From Deltaproteobacteria bacterium (GTDB taxonomy: Bacteria; Desulfobacterota_D; UBA1144; Nemesobacterales; UBA2774): a DNA stretch of 46,504 bases. The stretch covers positions 1-46,504 of the forward strand of contig JAJCZT010000017.1 of NCBI GenBank assembly GCA_029262255.1, given 5' to 3'. A program made the position numbers and the translations under genes. Shown here in pieces: positions 44,385 through 46,504 of the stretch (position 1 is the stretch's first letter; the number at the start of each line of letters is the position of its first letter). The notes beneath the pieces were generated by a model that worked only from the letters and a program-made list of their open reading frames with translations, did no database searches and was not told the DNA's origin.

Positions 44385-45947
44385 TTACCTGGGATTTCCC
44401 CATCCGCCTCCGCCTGGGGTTTCAATCCTTATGATGTCTTTGTTCTTTACCTCAAAAGTTGCTTTGGGATCAATTCTCGTTGTCTCACCGCCTCTGATAA
44501 AAGAGTTCTTTCCTTTCTTTCCAACCCCCCCTCCATTTGAACCATAGGGAGAGAACTTTCTCCTTTCCGTAATCATTGAGACAGTAGCTTTGGAAAGAAA
44601 TCTGTACTCTCTAATTATAGAATCCCCTCCACAAAACTCCCCCTTTCCTCCACTGCTTTTTCTTATGGAATAAGAATTTAACATAACCGGAAGCTCTCGT
44701 TCAAGCGATTCAATCGGGGTGTTTAGAGTGTTTGTCATATGAGTTTGCACTGCGCTCACCCCATCTGAACCAAACCTTCCCCCCATTCCTCCGGCAATAG
44801 TTTCGTAGTAGGCAAAGTTGCGTCCCGTTCTGGGGTTAATGCCTCCAAATGTGAAGTTGCTCATAGAGCCGGCGCTTGCTGCAGGAACCTTCTGTGGAAC
44901 AGCCTTTGATAACGCCCCGAATACAACGTCTACCACGCGCTGTGAAGTCTCAACATTTCCGCCTACAACTGCTGCCGGAAACCTTGCGTTAAGTATAGAA
45001 TTATCATCAACGATTATTTCTACGACCCTTAGGGGTCCTGAATTAAGAGGAAGCGAAGAGGGCGCAAGGCATTGGAATACATAAATTACAGCACCGGTTG
45101 TGACGCTGTAAGGAGTATTTAAATTGCCTTTTACTTGTGGTGAGCTCCCCCGTAAATCTACCTTTGCCCTTTGCCCCTTTATAGTGATTTTTGCCTTAAT
45201 AGGGATTTTCCTGGTCCCGGCTCCATCGTCATCCATATAATCTTCGAACTCATAAGTTCCGTCCGGGATTTGTCTTATGACCTCTTTCATCATTTTTTCG
45301 CTATAGTCTAATAGCTCATTGCCAGCCTGCTTAACCTTCTTAAGTGAATATTTCTTTATAGTTTCCTTAAGTCTTCTCTCTCCCAACTCGAGCGCTCCAA
45401 TCTGTGCGTTGAAATCCCCCTCTCTTTCTTCGGGGTCTCTGGTTGAAGCCAGAATTTCATTAAAGAGCTTTTTATTGATCCTTTTTTTTCTATAGAGTTT
45501 AGATGGGGGAATTAATATCCCCTCCTCTTTAATTGAGGTGGAAAGAGGCATTGAACCCGGGGTAAGACCTCCAATGTCCGCATGGTGTGCACGGGATGCG
45601 ACAAAAAATTCTAATTTATTATTAAAAAACACCGGGGCTATGCATGTAATATCCGGAAGATGGGTCCCGCCTCTGAAGGGATCGTTTAGAATCAATACAT
45701 CCCCCTCCTGTATGTCTGGCATTTCCAACACAGCTCTAACCGCAAAGCTCATAGATCCAAGGTGTATGGGAATATGAGCCGCCTGGGCTATCATATCGCC
45801 GTTTGGCTGAAATAGGGCGCAAGACAGATCTCTTCTCTCTTTTATATTAGGAGAAAACCCCGCTCTTATGAGGACCACACCCATTTCCTCGGCAATGGAG
45901 CTTAGAATATTCTGATAAATTTCAAGTTCAAAAGGAGTTAATGCCAT
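44385..45947 (-). CDS. hydantoinase B / oxoprolinase family protein (HyuB-like subunit)
   Basis: TPFELEIYQNILSSIAEEMG, HIPIHLGSM, GDVLILNDPFRGGTHLPD, AHHADIGG and the C-terminal ETPGGGGWGNP are present. No HyuA-type partner is adjacent. Confidence 0.85.
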   Translation of the reverse strand: MALTPFELEIYQNILSSIAEEMGVVLIRAGFSPNIKERRDLSCALFQPNGDMIAQAAHIPIHLGSMSFAVRAVLEMPDIQEGDVLILNDPFRGGTHLPDITCIAPVFFNNKLEFFVASRAHHADIGGLTPGSMPLSTSIKEEGILIPPSKLYRKKRINKKLFNEILASTRDPEEREGDFNAQIGALELGERRLKETIKKYSLKKVKQAGNELLDYSEKMMKEVIRQIPDGTYEFEDYMDDDGAGTRKIPIKAKITIKGQRAKVDLRGSSPQVKGNLNTPYSVTTGAVIYVFQCLAPSSLPLNSGPLRVVEIIVDDNSILNARFPAAVVGGNVETSQRVVDVVFGALSKAVPQKVPAASAGSMSNFTFGGINPRTGRNFAYYETIAGGMGGRFGSDGVSAVQTHMTNTLNTPIESLERELPVMLNSYSIRKSSGGKGEFCGGDSIIREYRFLSKATVSMITERRKFSPYGSNGGGVGKKGKNSFIRGGETTRIDPKATFEVKNKDIIRIETPGGGGWGNPR

Positions 45948-46008
45948 TTGAGTTTATTTGATGTACTTATATTTCAAGTTGTTGTTGGAAATATTTTCAA
46001 TGTACTCC

Positions 46009-46482
46009 TTAATCTGAAGCATTGTCGGGAGGAACCGATATTTGTATATAATTCCAGTACTTGCATTGCTTTGAATTGTAATATTTTATCATAGAGTTTG
46101 GGACGAAATTCTTTACAGGGCTTCCCGGAATAATATGTGTTCCACTCTCACATTTCTGTACAAGTTGGAGATACGGTATTAGGGCATCATCTCCCGGAGC
46201 GTAGTTGCCTTTGATATTTTTTGTGACCTTAACTGTCGCGGTGCATTTAGATTGCAGCTCAGGAACGAAGGAATCCTTGTCCTCAGCGTTCGGGGTACAT
46301 TCTTTAGAGTTAAAAGGCGTGTCGCATTCGATCTTTGTAACGGTTCCCTCAATCGCATAATCAGAGCTGTCTAAGAGTTGCTCGGGCGTGCAGGGAGCGG
46401 GAAGGGCATAGGACAAATTAGGCAGGACAGAAGTAATAATTAAAAAAAGTGATATCATCAGCTTGTTTTTCATGGTTTTCAT
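46009..46482 (-). CDS. secreted Cys-rich hypothetical protein
   Basis: A signal peptide is present (LMISLFLIITSVLPNLSYA), and the mature part holds six Cys. No family was recognised. Confidence 0.6.
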   Translation of the reverse strand: MKTMKNKLMISLFLIITSVLPNLSYALPAPCTPEQLLDSSDYAIEGTVTKIECDTPFNSKECTPNAEDKDSFVPELQSKCTATVKVTKNIKGNYAPGDDALIPYLQLVQKCESGTHIIPGSPVKNFVPNSMIKYYNSKQCKYWNYIQISVPPDNASD

Positions 46483-46504
46483 ACTAATGTTATTTTATTT
46501 TTTG

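Noticed and set aside
1-46504. Scan of all intergenic regions over 100 nt for tRNA, rRNA, tmRNA, RNase P, SRP or 6S RNA, and of the window for CRISPR arrays, transposase or integrase genes and prophage
   Set aside because: No cloverleaf-compatible GC-rich segment, conserved ncRNA core, repeat-spacer array or mobile-element gene was seen by eye. tRNAscan-SE and Infernal would be needed to exclude small ncRNAs formally.

Overview
This is a 46.5-kb, gene-dense chromosomal segment with about 45 CDS on both strands. It comes from a diderm bacterium, as shown by TolQRA, an AsmA-like protein and several lipoproteins. GC looks to be in the low 40s percent by eye, and lineage cannot be assigned from the sequence alone. 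All calls rest on motif recognition in the supplied translations and on reading the DNA; no searches were run. Most of the window is ordinary housekeeping: ruvX, trxA, a PduO-type cobalamin adenosyltransferase, glnD, nadB-nadC-nadA, ggt, rho, yebC-ruvC-ruvA-ruvB, tolQ-tolR-tolA, argS, a SPOR protein, a CDP-alcohol phosphatidyltransferase, carB, greA, birA and an NAD-type isocitrate dehydrogenase. I found no rRNA, tRNA, CRISPR array, transposase, integrase or phage gene. Two neighbourhoods are not housekeeping. (1) 32472-40829 is an envelope and ion-channel cluster. It holds a 1243-aa AsmA/YdbH-like protein, a YdbL(DUF1318)-like lipoprotein and a GLIC/ELIC-type pentameric ligand-gated ion channel whose reading frame abuts the YdbL-like stop codon. 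These are followed by a beta-helix-like lipoprotein, a TTLGYGD potassium-channel protein and a VTT/DedA-like membrane protein. (2) 42187-46482 on the minus strand is a tight operon of an orphan hydantoinase-B/oxoprolinase subunit, a Memo-family (AmmeMemoRadiSam B-like) protein with an N-terminal extension that reads like a PqqD/RRE peptide-binding domain, and an M19 dipeptidase. A Cys-rich secreted protein sits upstream of that operon. Smaller observations follow. Two genes have conserved N-termini that lack any canonical start codon and appear to begin at ATA overlapping the upstream stop (ATAG at 4051, ATAA at 37388). A small REP/MITE-like palindromic element (GTCATTC...GAATC) occurs in three tandem copies at 2716-2873 and once at 40991-41017. 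The tolQRA genes have no tolB-pal, and carB has no carA.
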